Shown here one piece after another: positions 14,101-27,656 of a stretch of 64,000 nucleotides of DNA. Origin of the DNA: Paragordius varius. Taxonomy: Eukaryota > Animalia > Nematomorpha. The DNA lies in contig OZ176052.1 of the NCBI GenBank assembly GCA_964247055.1, forward strand, positions 7,502,001-7,566,000, written 5' to 3'. Positions within the stretch are counted from its first letter, which is position 1. Each line of letters begins with the position of its first letter. Position numbers and translations under genes: made by a program. The notes under the pieces are model-generated. The model saw only the letters and a program-made list of their open reading frames with translations. It ran no database searches and was not told the DNA's origin.

Positions 14101-17100
14101 TTGGAATTTGCTTACAATGTATTTCAGCAAAGGTGGCATAACCAATTCCAAAGATAGCGGTATTAACTGTTCGAAATAGAAAACCAATTAGTTTACCAAA
14201 AATTTTAAATTTATACATGTACAATTTATGATTTAATCATACCTGATCTTTTTGGTTACTACATTGATATAGTAATATCTCCAAAAATTTTAGGGCGTGC
14301 ATTTCAATATCTTCATCTTTATCGCTATCCTGCATAACCTAATTTTTTCATATTTATCATAAAAATAAAATGGTATATAGTATAAATTTCATTAATATTT
14401 ATCTCAAATATTTAATGAAATTATACCCCCTTGCACATGTTAAAAAAGAGCAGTAACCGATTGGGATCTGATAAAAAGGCTGGGGTATCCAACGTAACAT
14501 AATTATGTAGAATTGAAAACAGCTCTAATAAAAAAAATATTTAACATTATATTGCCAGTAGAAAAAAAATTCAAAATCTTTAGCGTGTAAATAAATAAAT
14601 TTATCCACAAAATTAAAAATTTAATATATCATTCCAAAATTAATTCCTATAATTTTAAAATTAAAATTTGTAGAATATATTTCAATCCACATTTTCATGT
14701 ATTTACTAAAACATTTTTAAAAATATTAGTTTTCATCTCTCAAAAGCAAAATTAAATGAAACTTTCTTAGCAAAGAATAAAAATTAATCATATAAAATGT
14801 GGGTAATAAATATTTTTATGAACATACAAGACAAGTCCAGGAAACAAAAAAATTATATAGCAATAAATGAGCCGTCGCAAAATGCATTAATGTCATAGAA
14901 TAAGTACAATAAAAACAATAATAAAAATTGCTCGCAAAATGTTAAATTTAACTTTAAGTAAATTTAACTTTAAGAATAACAAAAAATAAGCTAAAAGAAA
15001 CAACCATCTATAAGAGATAAAAAAAATTATAAAAGATATAATAAAAAGTCCATGATGCCTACCTGTAAAATAAGATAACTTATCCTTGGTGAATATGGTT
15101 AAGTAGAATGGTAAAAGTTCCCAAGCCGGGCCCGGTATAGTTTGACAAGTTAGGGCAAAAGCCAAACTTATGACTTCATCATAGTAATCTGATGTATAAT
15201 AACAAAATATATTGCAAACATTAGCTAAAAAATGTTATAAAAAGGTAGAATATAAAATTATTTCAATTGCAAGCAATAAATATAAATTTTCGTCGTTTTA
15301 GAGATATGCAATTTACACACTAAATTATAAAATTGACGAAAAATAAATCATATAATTCTTTAAACACCAAATTAAAAGGCCTAATATGGTTCTTTACTGT
15401 ATCAGAACCTCAAAAATCTTATATATTTTATAATAATTTCAAAAATTAAAACGAACCTTCTTCACTTTCCGGATCTGTATGATATTTAACCATAACAAGT
15501 TTGATAATTTCAACGACTTTCCCTGATATCGCGCAAATTGCCTATATATGGAATAAAATAAAAACGTGTCAAAATTTATTTAGAGTTAATCCATATTTAT
15601 AACCAAATAATTTTATCAAACCAAAATTATAAAAAGTTTATGAATAAATTAAAGAACCTCTTTATTTTCCTCGAGAATATCTACGAGTGTTTCAACCAAT
15701 TCAAGCATACCACTCACAAACATTCTGGATTCATCATCGTCTTTGGATATTTCAGCACCTTGTAGGATAGTGAACTATGATATTTATTAAATATTAACTA
15801 AATAGAATAAAAATTTTATCAAAATTTCTGGTAAGCTAAAAGCAATAAAATAAAATTAAAGCTCATATTTTCGTTCCACATTAACAATTCAGAATTATTT
15901 TAGACGTTTTACCTAAAAACTTTATTGTCAAAAAATTATTACAAGTTAAATATGTTAGTAACGAAAATATATCATACCGAATGTTGTAACATTTCAACTA
16001 TCAGTGGTTTTATTTCTTCGGTATAAATGCATATAAATTTTTTCATAATCATGGTCATATCTTCACTTTGTACTTGTCGTATGATATTTAACAATTCTAT
16101 CAAAAAAATTTGAAACAAATCATTCAGACAATTATTTATATTAAAATTTAAATATAATTAAATATATATATTGTACCTGATAATATCTCTTTGAGATTGG
16201 GTAGGAGTGCGTTTTTTGCTATATAGAAAAAATATATTTATAATATGCAAAGTGTGTATGGATTTATAATATAAAACATTTCATATATTTAAAATAAATA
16301 TTTCGTTTATGATTTATAAAAATAAAATTTTAGCTTTGCAACAAATGTAAAATATTTTGTTTTAATATGCGACAATATAATAGAATTTACTTTGAAAATA
16401 AAAAAAATCTGGTATAATTTATTTTGCACAAACAAACATTTTTTATAGTTTTAATATAAACAGCAAATAAAAAGAAAGATATTTAACACAATTTTACAAA
16501 AATTAAATCATTAAATTAGAAAAATCAAAAATATAAAATATACCATTGTCACTCCGCATAGCCAGGGATTTTAATGCATTAGCACATTCAACCTTGACAG
16601 GGAGATCGGGATCATTAAGCAACAATTTTTGTAGGACAATCAACATATTTTGTAAGTCATCCGGTTTTTCCCATTTTATTTTGCGATATTGATAAATCAT
16701 CCAACAGGCCTAAAATTGGGGTTTGATTTAAAATATTTTAAGTTTTGAAAAATTTCGTTAAAAAAGTTTATATATTTTTAATTAGCCATTAATTAAACCA
16801 ATGTCAAATTTATTAATTTTGATATAGTTTTTGAATTTCTAAACATAACAAGTTAAATGCAAAAAGTTTGTATTTAGTGATTAACTATAAGAATACATGT
16901 TTCCTTTTAGTTGCTATAAAGAAGTACAATTAATTACTCGCGACACAATCAAAAAAGAAATGTCATACTTTAAACCCGAAAACAACTTCATGTAATTTTT
17001 TAAGACAAACTTTAAAAAATGTAAACATTATATCTATATTAATCCTGAGATATTAAATCTAAAAAACTATATATAAATAAGTAAATTTCATGACATACAC

Positions 17101-19430
17101 GAGCGCGTAAAAATCCTTTGGGGTGTGTTAGCAAGGGGAAAACCAAATTTGTCATCATGAAAGTTATGGGCGACCAATCCACAATATCAGGTGATATTAT
17201 TTCATCATCCATTTCCTCATTTTGTTCCGCTTTTTGATTGATGACTCCATTCATTCCCTAAATTTTTGATAAAAAAAAATTTTTAAGCATAAAATTATGA
17301 ATTAATTAATATATGGTAGGATTATTCACGTAATAAGATAAAAGTATTATTATTATGATAAATCTTTAATTAGAGGTAGGTGGTATGATGAATAATAAAA
17401 AAGTTAATATATAAATGTATTCTTTATAGCTCTTCTCAAATTATTTACAACAATAAATATGAATTTGTTAATTTTATAAAATAAAAATACGAATTTTATG
17501 CAATGATATTTTAATCAAGGAATTAATGATAAAATAATATTATGCAAAATAAAGTTTTTTTGGAGACGCAAAAAGCGAATTAATACGATCATTTATCGAA
17601 AAAAATTATAAATAAATTATAGGAAAATTTAAAGTTAATAATAATTTAGTCTGTTGTTATTGTACACCCCCATATAAAAATAACATTTTTGATCGTCAAT
17701 AAAATTTAAGAATAACCTTGTGAGGATTGTGTTGCTTAACCGCATTGGTATATAAGTTGAGGATGAGTGTTTCACCCAAATACCCTAACATAGTTAACCA
17801 TCCATCAATTTCTCGAAAATTATTTTCCATACTGGCATCCGATGTAAACGATTGTTGAGCCTAAAAATATTGCAGGAGTATAAATTTTAAAACAATTATA
17901 TATTTGGTTTTTTATGATTCAAGTAATGTCTGACCGATGGTTATAAATGCGTTTACGACATGACCGCTAATAAAATAAATAAATATATATAGATATATAT
18001 ATAGAAGTATAGAATTTGATCAAAAGAAAAAAATTATCGCTTTTTTTATTATTATTATTTACATAAATAATTTTTATTTTATTTATATCTGATTAATTAT
18101 GAACGTTAACAACTGTATCCCAAGAGGTTAAACCAATTATTCTACCGTAAAAATTTGAATTATAAAGACAATAAAAAGTAAAAAATATAAAGAAAAACCA
18201 TAACTTTTAACCTTAAATTTTTTATATATCAACTATCATCTGTTGCGAACCAAGGAATATATATAATTGATAGCACATGTTTTATGAATCCCAATCGTAG
18301 AGAGAACAAATCATGGATCAAAAAAAATGGTTTTGTTGGAAAAAAAATATTTTACATTATATTTTCTTAATAATTTTACTCTTACAGTATTGTTTAACTG
18401 GTTAAAGGCCTAACGCAACCCCATTTATAATTACATAAAATATATGCAGACAGTGGACCTCCTCACACCATAATAATCCTGATTGTGGAAATATACGGTT
18501 ATTATCCGTTTAAATTTTTTTGTTTAAAATGTTAAATTAAATTAATATATAATTATATCTTATAGTCATTTAAAAATTAAAAATATTCATTTTAATTTTA
18601 TTTTTGGCTCATTACGAAGCTTCCATAATGCCCACAAATTAGTAAGTTTAAGGAAAGGTGTTTTCAACATTGAACGAGTATAACCTATAAATTTGGACCT
18701 TATTTCTAAATTGGAAAAAAGCATGATGTTCAGCACGGGCTTAACATATAGAGACGTGGTCTATTCAAAAACATAAAAAGTTGGTATTAATAAAATATTA
18801 ACTGTAAAGCTGGTAGCCGTTAACGTGTATAATTGTTGCAAAGTAGCGACACAATGTTGCACGGTTTCTTGTAAAATACCTTTGCGTTTTGAACAAACAG
18901 TATGGAGAAAATCTTTGGCTCCAGTTATGGGTGAACCGAATTCTTCGTAAATATCTAAAATACAATTCATGTATTATTATCATTTGTTACAACACGTATT
19001 TAAATGGAAAAAACATTTACTAAATATAGAGTCATAAATGTTTTTGTGCGACCTTAATGTAAAAAATAATTATTCTGATTTTTTACGCGCACTATTTTTT
19101 GGGCGGTTGCATGAACAAATAGGTTAAAACGCCTTGTGTAAAAATAATTTTTTAGGTTTTTTACTTCAAAAATTTTTTTCTGAGGGAATCTTTACTGATA
19201 TAATTTTTTTAATGTCGACTAAAAATATGTACAATTGTTAATTTAAGAGTTGTTTATCTTTAATAGTGATCACAAAAAAGGTTTGACGGTATGTTATTAA
19301 ATAGAAAATATGCATACCAAATTTATTTCGTATGTATTCAATCGGTTCATTTTCCCATAACTCTTCATCCTCATCGGTTGGTTTTAAGAGTTTGAATACA
19401 ATTTCTTTAATTAAAACCTACATGTGAAAC

Positions 19431-19463
<33 letters not shown>

Positions 19464-22172
19464 CATATATGTTTTATATAATGTTTCACTATTTATGGAA
19501 AATAAAGATTTTAATGTCTTACCGATATATGTGGTTTTATCAACACCCAATTATATGATTGAACCATACTAAAAATAATATGTAGAGTTAGAATTAAAAT
19601 TTTAAAATATTGGAGGTTATTCTGCCTGTTTGTAACAAAAACATTTTATATTTGTATAAATCATTTAAGTTTAAAACTATAAATTGAAAAACCCATTGGT
19701 AATTATTAAGCTGATATAGTACAATATTATGCTTAATTAAAGCAAATATTAAAACCTCTCAGTAAGATATTCGAAACAAAACTGTAACACTCGTGGTGAC
19801 ACATAATTGTTTTGTCGATAAAAATCCAAATATTTCAATATGGTTTCAATAATAGGACCTAAAAATATTAGATATAATATATATAAAATTAAAATAATTA
19901 AAGAGGATATATGTTTAATTAAATATAATTAATGTTTTTTATTAGGCGATATTTGAAAAAATACTAGAAAATGTTGTCATGAAATATTGAGCAAATTCTT
20001 TGTAATCCTTGCTGGCTATCGCAGGAGAACCATATCTAACAAATTTGAATAATATATATTTTATTAAAATATTACTTACTTTAAAATAAGGTTTAAAGGA
20101 AATTTGATTTAATGCAACCCAAGTCGCAAAAATTTAAAAATATACAATTCAATTCAATTAAATTGCAAATTGTATTTTGTATTCAATATTTCAAAGACTT
20201 TAAGGTAATTAATTATTCGAAAATATGGATAATTTAAATTTGTGATACAAAAAATTGTACAATAAAACAATTACAAATTATATTTTTTTTATTAAAATAT
20301 GTAAATTAAATATCAACCGTTCACAAAAGCGACAAAGTATATGCATAATCCATTTTTTGCATTTCCACCAAATGCATCCGGCCTTCTCATCGTCATCCTC
20401 CAGGCTATTAACACTCTACATACATATAAAAATTGTAAATACAATAATCAAATTTGTAAAATTTTTACGAATAAAAAAATAGCATTTTTAAGGATGGATT
20501 CATTATAACATGTCATTTTAAGTTTAAAAAATGATTTATTCTTAAATATGCTTTATGAATTAGGAATAATAAAGTGTAATTTTCCAAATAATAACTCATT
20601 TCCATACAAAAAGAATCAAAATATTCATATGATAATTAACAATATTTCTCCTTTCCTAAACTAAAACTTTAACGAATATATTTTTTCGATTATTAGGAAT
20701 AACCAGATATCTATTAATATAAAAAAACCTGAGGTATTGGTACATTTAAGGAAGCCAAAAATATTTGCATCCAAGTTGATATCGATGCAGGATTAATAAG
20801 AAACGGAGGCATCTGAAACTAAATATAAGAAAATAAAAAAAGTATAAATAATTTATCTGCATTTGATAATCATATTTGTGTCAAAATACCCTTTTTAGTA
20901 TTATAAATCATTACAAATTTTAGGCTCTGAAATCTTATTTACACCAAAATGCAATCAAATAAAAATTCAAAGATAATAATGAATTGTCAATATAATAAAT
21001 ATTGAAAACCTGAGTTGCGCAATAAAATGTTTTGAAAATGTGTTTTTGTATATTGACAGATGATTCGCCTGAATCTGGAATCAAGAAATTAAATTTTTCC
21101 ACCAAAATTGGTGACAGTTTGGCAAAGCAATCATTCAATGGTGCACGACTAATTGACTTTTTGTATCTATACATAATCAACATGAACAAAATAATTAAAT
21201 TTCATAAATGTGATACTTTATAATGAAGTTTAACTAAATTTTGTTTTCATGCACTGAAAACTTTATCCGGTAAATTTGTCAAATAAATTTAAGGAAAACA
21301 ATTTCAATCTTTAAACTCGGATGTATTTAAGACCGTGGGAAACGCTTTTAAAAATGTATTTTACCATTAAAATAAAACATTAAATAATATGCGGAATAAA
21401 TGTAATATTGTGAATATTTACCTATTTTAACAGCCGTATAATTTGGTTAGGAAAATTTGTTTTTTGATAACTCATTTAAATTTTCTCTAGTTAATGGTAA
21501 TAGATGTGTGTGCATTTAAAAGCGGTAATACCGATTATTTTTTAACCCGTTAAAAACTCATCAATTTATTCAATAATGTATGTTATAATGATGATAAAAA
21601 ATTATTAATTCTTACTCGTAATTTTTTACAATTTGATGCAAGCACTCCAATCCTCCTATTAGTATTGCATGATTGTTTCCCTTCAAAATATTTTCCAGTT
21701 TTGGCACTAATTTGGGATAGTGTGTTAGATATTCGTGCTTAATTATTGTATAAAACGCGACACTTAATTGAGACCTGTTAATTTATAATAAAAGTTTTAA
21801 CCTTAATAATTCAGGGATATGAATTATAGCTTCAACAATATTATCTTTAATAACTGATTTATCTGCATCATTTATAGGCACAATTTTGTCAGTCTTTGAA
21901 TGGTTAACCAATATATTCCATTTCTTGGTCACAAAATTTTTAAAGTATATTGAGGCTAAATTGTTTATTAAACATCTAACCTGCTTGACGTATAGCCATA
22001 TCCAGTCCATCAGACAAAATTATTTGAAAGACTATTTGGGGAAAACCAGGATGTTCGGACATCTGTAACATGATATATTAAACAATACCTCTTGAAGTTG
22101 TTTTTCTGCAGCATCTTTTTGGTTCGGATCCAAAGTCATTTTGAATAAATTTAAAACGATTTCGTTGTTCAT
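8182..22172 (-). CDS. IPO7: Importin-7 (importin-beta family, IPO7/IPO8 group), about 30 exons
   Basis: The spliced translation begins MNNEIVLNLFKMTLDPNQKDAAEKQLQE|MSEHPGFPQIVFQIILSDGLDMAIRQA|ASIYFKNFVTKKW. It contains the IPO7/8 signatures [79 protein letters not shown] and IHDNKVCVLAL, followed by the acidic C-terminal tract. Stop at 8182-8184; a further short terminal exon cannot be excluded. Confidence 0.93.
8850..9416 (+). mobile_element. Non-autonomous Helitron, 567 bp, complete short form, in an IPO7 intron
   Basis: Starts TCTATATATTTATAAAA after A8849 and ends CTAG before T9417 (A|T target, no TSD). The 3' hairpin CTCG-G-GCTGC-GTA-GCAGC-A-CGAG lies 8 nt before CTAG. There is an internal palindrome ATCCACATATGTGGAT. 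Close copies occur at 27657, 53520 and 62298. Confidence 0.9.
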
Positions 22173-22249
22173 GCTTAAGGTTTGTGTAACAGCCGGATCA
22201 CTGCGAAAAATATGAATGCGTGGAAAGAATGAACCTATCTTTTCGGACC

Positions 22250-22941
22250 ATGCTTGATGCTAGCGTTTATATTTTTTTCCTAAATTTTTATCTAACCGTT
22301 TTATATATGTCTATCATTGTCAATACATTTCAAGTTTTTTTACTTTAATATTTAGATTGTAAATTATTTTTATTGCTTGAAAAATTTATATAGCCATTTA
22401 ATATATTCATCATTTTGCAATATAATTATTTCAACCATACTGCTTATTAAATTTCACACAAACTCCGACAATAAAACCAATATATCTGCAACATTAGTTT
22501 TGACTTTACAATTTTGTGCAATCTTTTTACCGATCATTGAGGGCTCAAAAAATCTCCATAAAATTAGAAAAATTATTTTTCTAATTGTTTTTTTACTATT
22601 GATCTCATACATTATTTGCAAAGATATTGATGTATTAATTGATATATTTTAGGGTACTTCACTCGGGCCACATATTGATCCTCTTTCATATTATTTTGAT
22701 ACAATGGCGTTTTTACCCTTATTAATATGTGCATTTATAATCAAGAAAAAATTAAATTGTACAAAAATATCACCCATCATAGCTCAATTTTTTACGTTAA
22801 AAATTTAAATTAATATCTAGAATCTTAAAAAATATATATTATTTATTAGCTGCCATGGGTTGGTTTGCATTCACGAACCTTAAAGGTTTTTATCAAAGGA
22901 AGATTAATAAGTATGCATGAATTTTAAACTATAATTTCTAA
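22250..22941 (+). CDS. Orphan multi-pass membrane protein (about 200 aa), divergent from IPO7
   Basis: ATG at 22250. Removing GT-AG introns 22334-22355 (22 nt), 22632-22652 (21 nt, contains the in-frame stop) and 22796-22820 (25 nt) gives one open frame: MLDASVYIFFLNFYLTVLYMSIIVNTFQ|IVNYFYCLKN...ICKDID|GTSLGPHIDPLSYYFDTMAFLPLLICAF...QFFT|ILKNIYYLLAAMGWFAFTNLKGFYQGRL. Several hydrophobic segments. The 3' end is uncertain (22941, or 22959 with a 33-nt intron). I recognise no family. Confidence 0.65.
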
Positions 22942-23770
22942 GATCCATTATCGTTGTAAACAAAAGAGATTCTTTGAATAAAATTTATTTATTTTGAGTT
23001 TTGGTAAAAGATAGTAAACTAATTTGTATTCGCGGGCGTATTTAACAAATTTAGTTTATCTTCCAAATAAAAGTTTAATAGTCCTTATCTTAACGGTTTT
23101 TGTCCATAAAATTTTGAATGAATAATAATTTTCGCCTTAAAAAACTCCTTGAACTTTATGAAATCCAATGTAAGAGTATTATATAGTATATTAATATTTA
23201 ACTGCCTTAAAAAAACCCTATACGAACTTATTATTAAAAAATAGTATTTTAAGATAAATGATATAATTTTACTAAGATATTTGATTAATTAAATGTTTCA
23301 TTTGTTTTTTTAAATTTTTCACGGGCCATAAAGTTTTTTTAAAGGGCCGTGTGTTGGATTCTGTACTAAACAGCTATATTATTGGTTATAAGGGAAATTG
23401 ATATGTAGAAAAATTAAAATGTGTGTTTTTTTATTTTAAAAATTAAATTTTTATCCCTATTATATAGACCCATATCAATAATATGGCTTCTTTAACTAAA
23501 TACAAAAGTTTAAAATATGTGTCAATAAAAATTATGTTTTTTATGTTTTAAAATTAAAAATATAATTTATCAAAATTAATTAGAGTTCTTATTTTTAATA
23601 ATCAGACTACCATACATTATTCTCTAGTTTTTAATATAAAAAGGTTTTAATTAAGTTTTTTGGCTTTACTTTATTATTTTATTTCATACAAATAACTAAA
23701 ATAATTCAAAGATTACCCTTTAATATACTATATATGTCAAAGGAATATTCTGATATCATTAATATTTTTT

Positions 23771-25481
23771 ATGATACCTAGCAATACTATATCATCCACT
23801 ATGGCAGAAGCTAAAAATCAAAAGAATTTAACAACATGCTGTGAGGAGACAACCATGTCATATGAAATTTCATTTATCAGTCGTGATTTTGACATTATAA
23901 TAAATCTGATTATTTGTTTAATATTGTTTGGTGTGTTTCTTTGTCACATACCCTTCATAGCCATTTGGATATATTGGTAATTTTACAAAATTGCTAAAAA
24001 AGCATATTATGTGGTTTTTGATTTTGATTTAATTTTTAAATTATCTACACGGGTAGTTATTTTTTAATAAAAAGATTTATAAAATAAAAATATTGGAAAA
24101 TATATTGCGTTTCTTACTTAAAACATATTAATATTAATTTTTAGCATGATCGCTTAAATATGGTATGGCATCAAAATTTAAAAAAAATTGTTTTTTTAGC
24201 TATACTCAAAAAATACATCATTTTGGCTATTTATTTAGGGTATATTTAAAATACTTTTAACTTTTTTACCAATTTTTTTTAAACTTTTTTTTTCTAGGAA
24301 AGAAAAAATGAATTACAAAAAGGAAGAACTACCTGTACATACAGATAGTAAAATTTTGTCATCTCAATTTTTAGGCGATCCGAATGACGATGATTGCGAT
24401 CTTGATTTGGAGGAAAAAAATATGTTAATAAATGGAGTTAACTTACCCGGTATGTTATAAAGATTTTTCCAGTTCTGTCTCCAGCAATACAATATATTTT
24501 GGAACAGTTTTTATAATAAGACCCATTCTATTTTATACGGTCCAGATTTAATTTCTCAAATATCGAAATAGAAAATAAAATGTCAACTTTACCCCAACCA
24601 TGACTCTCAAAATTACCATAAAGTTCCGAAATGGGCCACTTTTATTTAAGTTTTATAGTGAAAATAGTTTATACAAATTAATGTATTACTATCAATTTAA
24701 TTTAAATGTCTAATAAACTCAGAGATATTAAACCTTTGCATAAATTGTGCTTATTATATCACAACATTTGTGGAATTTTTTTCACAAATTATTTTAGGTT
24801 GAGGAGGCTCTAATGCATATTGATTGAAAAATAAATGAAGTTGTTCTTTATTTGACGCTACTTTAGATTTTTTGGAATGCATATCACTGATGTGATTCAC
24901 AACTGCCAATAAATAATATTTTACTTATCGCGATATGTAAACACCTTTGAAATTGATATTTTTTACACCATTTTAAAATTACTCTGTTAACCATACATAA
25001 TTTAGATTTTTCGACACAATATCAATATTTACCACCATCTTATATGTATCCCTTGGCTTTAGTACATCCATTACGTACTGAAAACACAAATAATAACGTT
25101 GACCAAAAAATTTCAACGTGTCATAGGTCAACTTCAGCATCACTTGAATCCATAAGGATTCAAAAACGAAGAAATGCTTATAATCGAAATGTTCTCCGAG
25201 GTTACAAACATAATTATTATCGGAATTCTACGCGTTCGTTGATGCTTACCACACCTTCCTATGATCATCGATCTTCGCAACACTATAAATCCGATCAATT
25301 TATTGATGAGGACAATACAAATAAAATTTTCCAAATACCAATACGGCATTCATTTAACGTTGTTCCAATCACAACAACTCATACACGAGCTCAACACATA
25401 TTTGACCAGAGGCGAATGATTAGACAGTATTATAAGAATCTCAGAAAGAAAAAATCAAAAAAACATTGCCATAACAATTAA
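23771..25481 (+). CDS. Orphan single-pass membrane protein with a low-complexity cytoplasmic tail (3 exons)
   Basis: Exons of about 23771-23976, 24237-24389 and 25005-25481 join in phase (IWIY-W|KEKMNYKK...NLP|DFSTQYQYLPPSYMYP...). One hydrophobic segment: IIINLIICLILFGVFLCHIPFIAIWIYW. Confidence 0.6.
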
Positions 25482-27297
25482 ATTACGCATGAATCTAGTC
25501 ATACTTTGTTTCAAATGAAGAATCTCAATTAAATTTAACATAAAGTATGTTAACTTATCTAAGTATATAAAATGATTAAATAAATTTTTAAATACTATTG
25601 TTTCATCTTTTTATAATTTTATATAGGTAAGAGCCCATAGGTTTGATAGATTTAAAATAGGCCATATTCCCTTTAAGAGAAAAATAAAAAATTATCATTT
25701 ATGCTAAGGTTAGACCCCTTTTTCAAGCACTTATAAATATATAAAAGGGGTTTCTACCCCTGAAATTGAAAAAAAATTGAATTAACCCCAAATTTTCCAA
25801 CTTTTTTGTTGCGTTCTCCAAACTGAAAACTGTAGTGTGCAAAATATTATTTAAGTTATAAGCGTATTTTTCGCACAAGAGGTCGGAAGAAAAGAGAGTA
25901 TATAGCACTCCAAGTTTATTGGATTCAAAAGTTTTAAACTTTTAAGCGCCTGATTCTAAATATGGTGTTTTAAAGTTAACTCTATAGTAAAATTATATAT
26001 ATCATGGCCAATTGTTTAGTATTAATTTATACGGTTTGGGATACTTAAATTTGTATATAAATTTAATAATGGGCTTTCACCATGCGAAAAAATGGCGCTC
26101 AAACGCCGGAAAAGAGAAAAATACCAAAACCGAAATGCTTCAAACAGAAAACTTGTAGTAAACCTAAATTTTTTATTTAAATAATAATAATATTAATAAT
26201 AGGTATGCAAGGAAATGAAAGAGAGTCCAATAATTTTAAAATCTATAAAAATATATCATTACTCCAAGTGGGCATGTGTGGCCAAAATATTTACGACGAG
26301 TTAAAAACCAATAAACATGTTTGCATACAAAGGTTTTAGCACAAAGCTTAAGTTTATAAATTTTGGTCGAAGTTTTGACCATAAATTTAGTCCCAACAAC
26401 GCTTTTTGTAAAAAAATCAAAAATTATTAGGTGATTTGACTTTTACACATACATATAATATTTTTATTGATATAAAAAATTTTCAAACGAAAAAATACAA
26501 TTGAAATACGGATACAGCTGTTGAGCAAGTTTCGGTTATTGACATTTATATCTCTTGCATGTATGACTTTGGCCCGAATCTGATCATTCATATTATTTGA
26601 GCCTTTAAAAACTTGCAAAAGGGCCCTAAAATTTTACACACTATGTAAATATTACTATGCAGGTGAAATTTATTTTAATTCATTGGTTGATATTTTTAAA
26701 AGCAGTATAACTATTAAAGATGTAAATTATATTAAAACCTATTTCACCTATCTCACTTAAGACTATTTTTAGTTATATGCACTAATAATAATATAAATAC
26801 ATTAGTAAGCTACTTTAGAGGTTATATCATTAGGATCAATACTCGTTAAGTTTAAATATTTTTATGTCGGTAGGAAAATAATTTGCCTCAGGATTAGCAT
26901 ATACAAAGATTTTTTTACAACGGCTTTGTAAAACTATTACGTATCAATCATGATACAAAAGTTTATTTTACAAATATGTAACCGCCTAATAATTTAGTAC
27001 AATTAAAAACTTCGAGCGCCAACGGTTTTTTGGGACAGGTGTAAGCATTGACTCTCTGATTGATATAAAACTTTCTGTGTTTTATAAATAGTTGATTTAA
27101 CAACCTTTAATAATTATTTTTTGCTATAAATAAGTGAATTAGTAGATTATGAATAAGCAAAAATAAATTTATTAAAAAAATCACAAAATCTAAGATGCCC
27201 TATTTTTTAAATAATATAATAAATTAACCAACAATTATTGTGATTTAAAACGCTTAATCCAGTATCACTCCTTATGAATGAGGTCAGTTATGGTCTC

Positions 27298-27527
27298 CAA
27301 AGGCGTAGCTTGCATTTCTGGCGCCCGGTGCATGAATCTGTAATGCATTTTAAAAAATAATCAAATTCAAACCGTACTCATAAATGGGTGATTTTTTATG
27401 CATTATTTAATATAATAACTTTCAAATACCTATTTTTTAAAATAATATTAAAATTTTTTCCGACGCCCCTTTAACTATGGCGCTCGGCGCATCAGCCTCC
27501 CTTCCCCCTCTCTTAGCTACGCCCCTG
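27298..27527. mobile_element. hAT MITE (CAGGGGCGTAGC type), 230 bp
   Basis: TIRs CAAAGGCGTAGCT / AGCTACGCCCCTG. 8-bp TSD ATGGTCTC / ATGGTCCC (7/8). A related fragment lies at about 59386-59452. Confidence 0.8.
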
Positions 27528-27656
27528 ATGGTCCCAACCAACAAATACCACCCATAGTATTTTCGGAACACAAACATTAAAATGAGTTTTAAGCAAACAA
27601 TTAAAATAAATCTAAACAAACCAATTTTTAACTTTAAGTTAAAGTTATATAACAAT

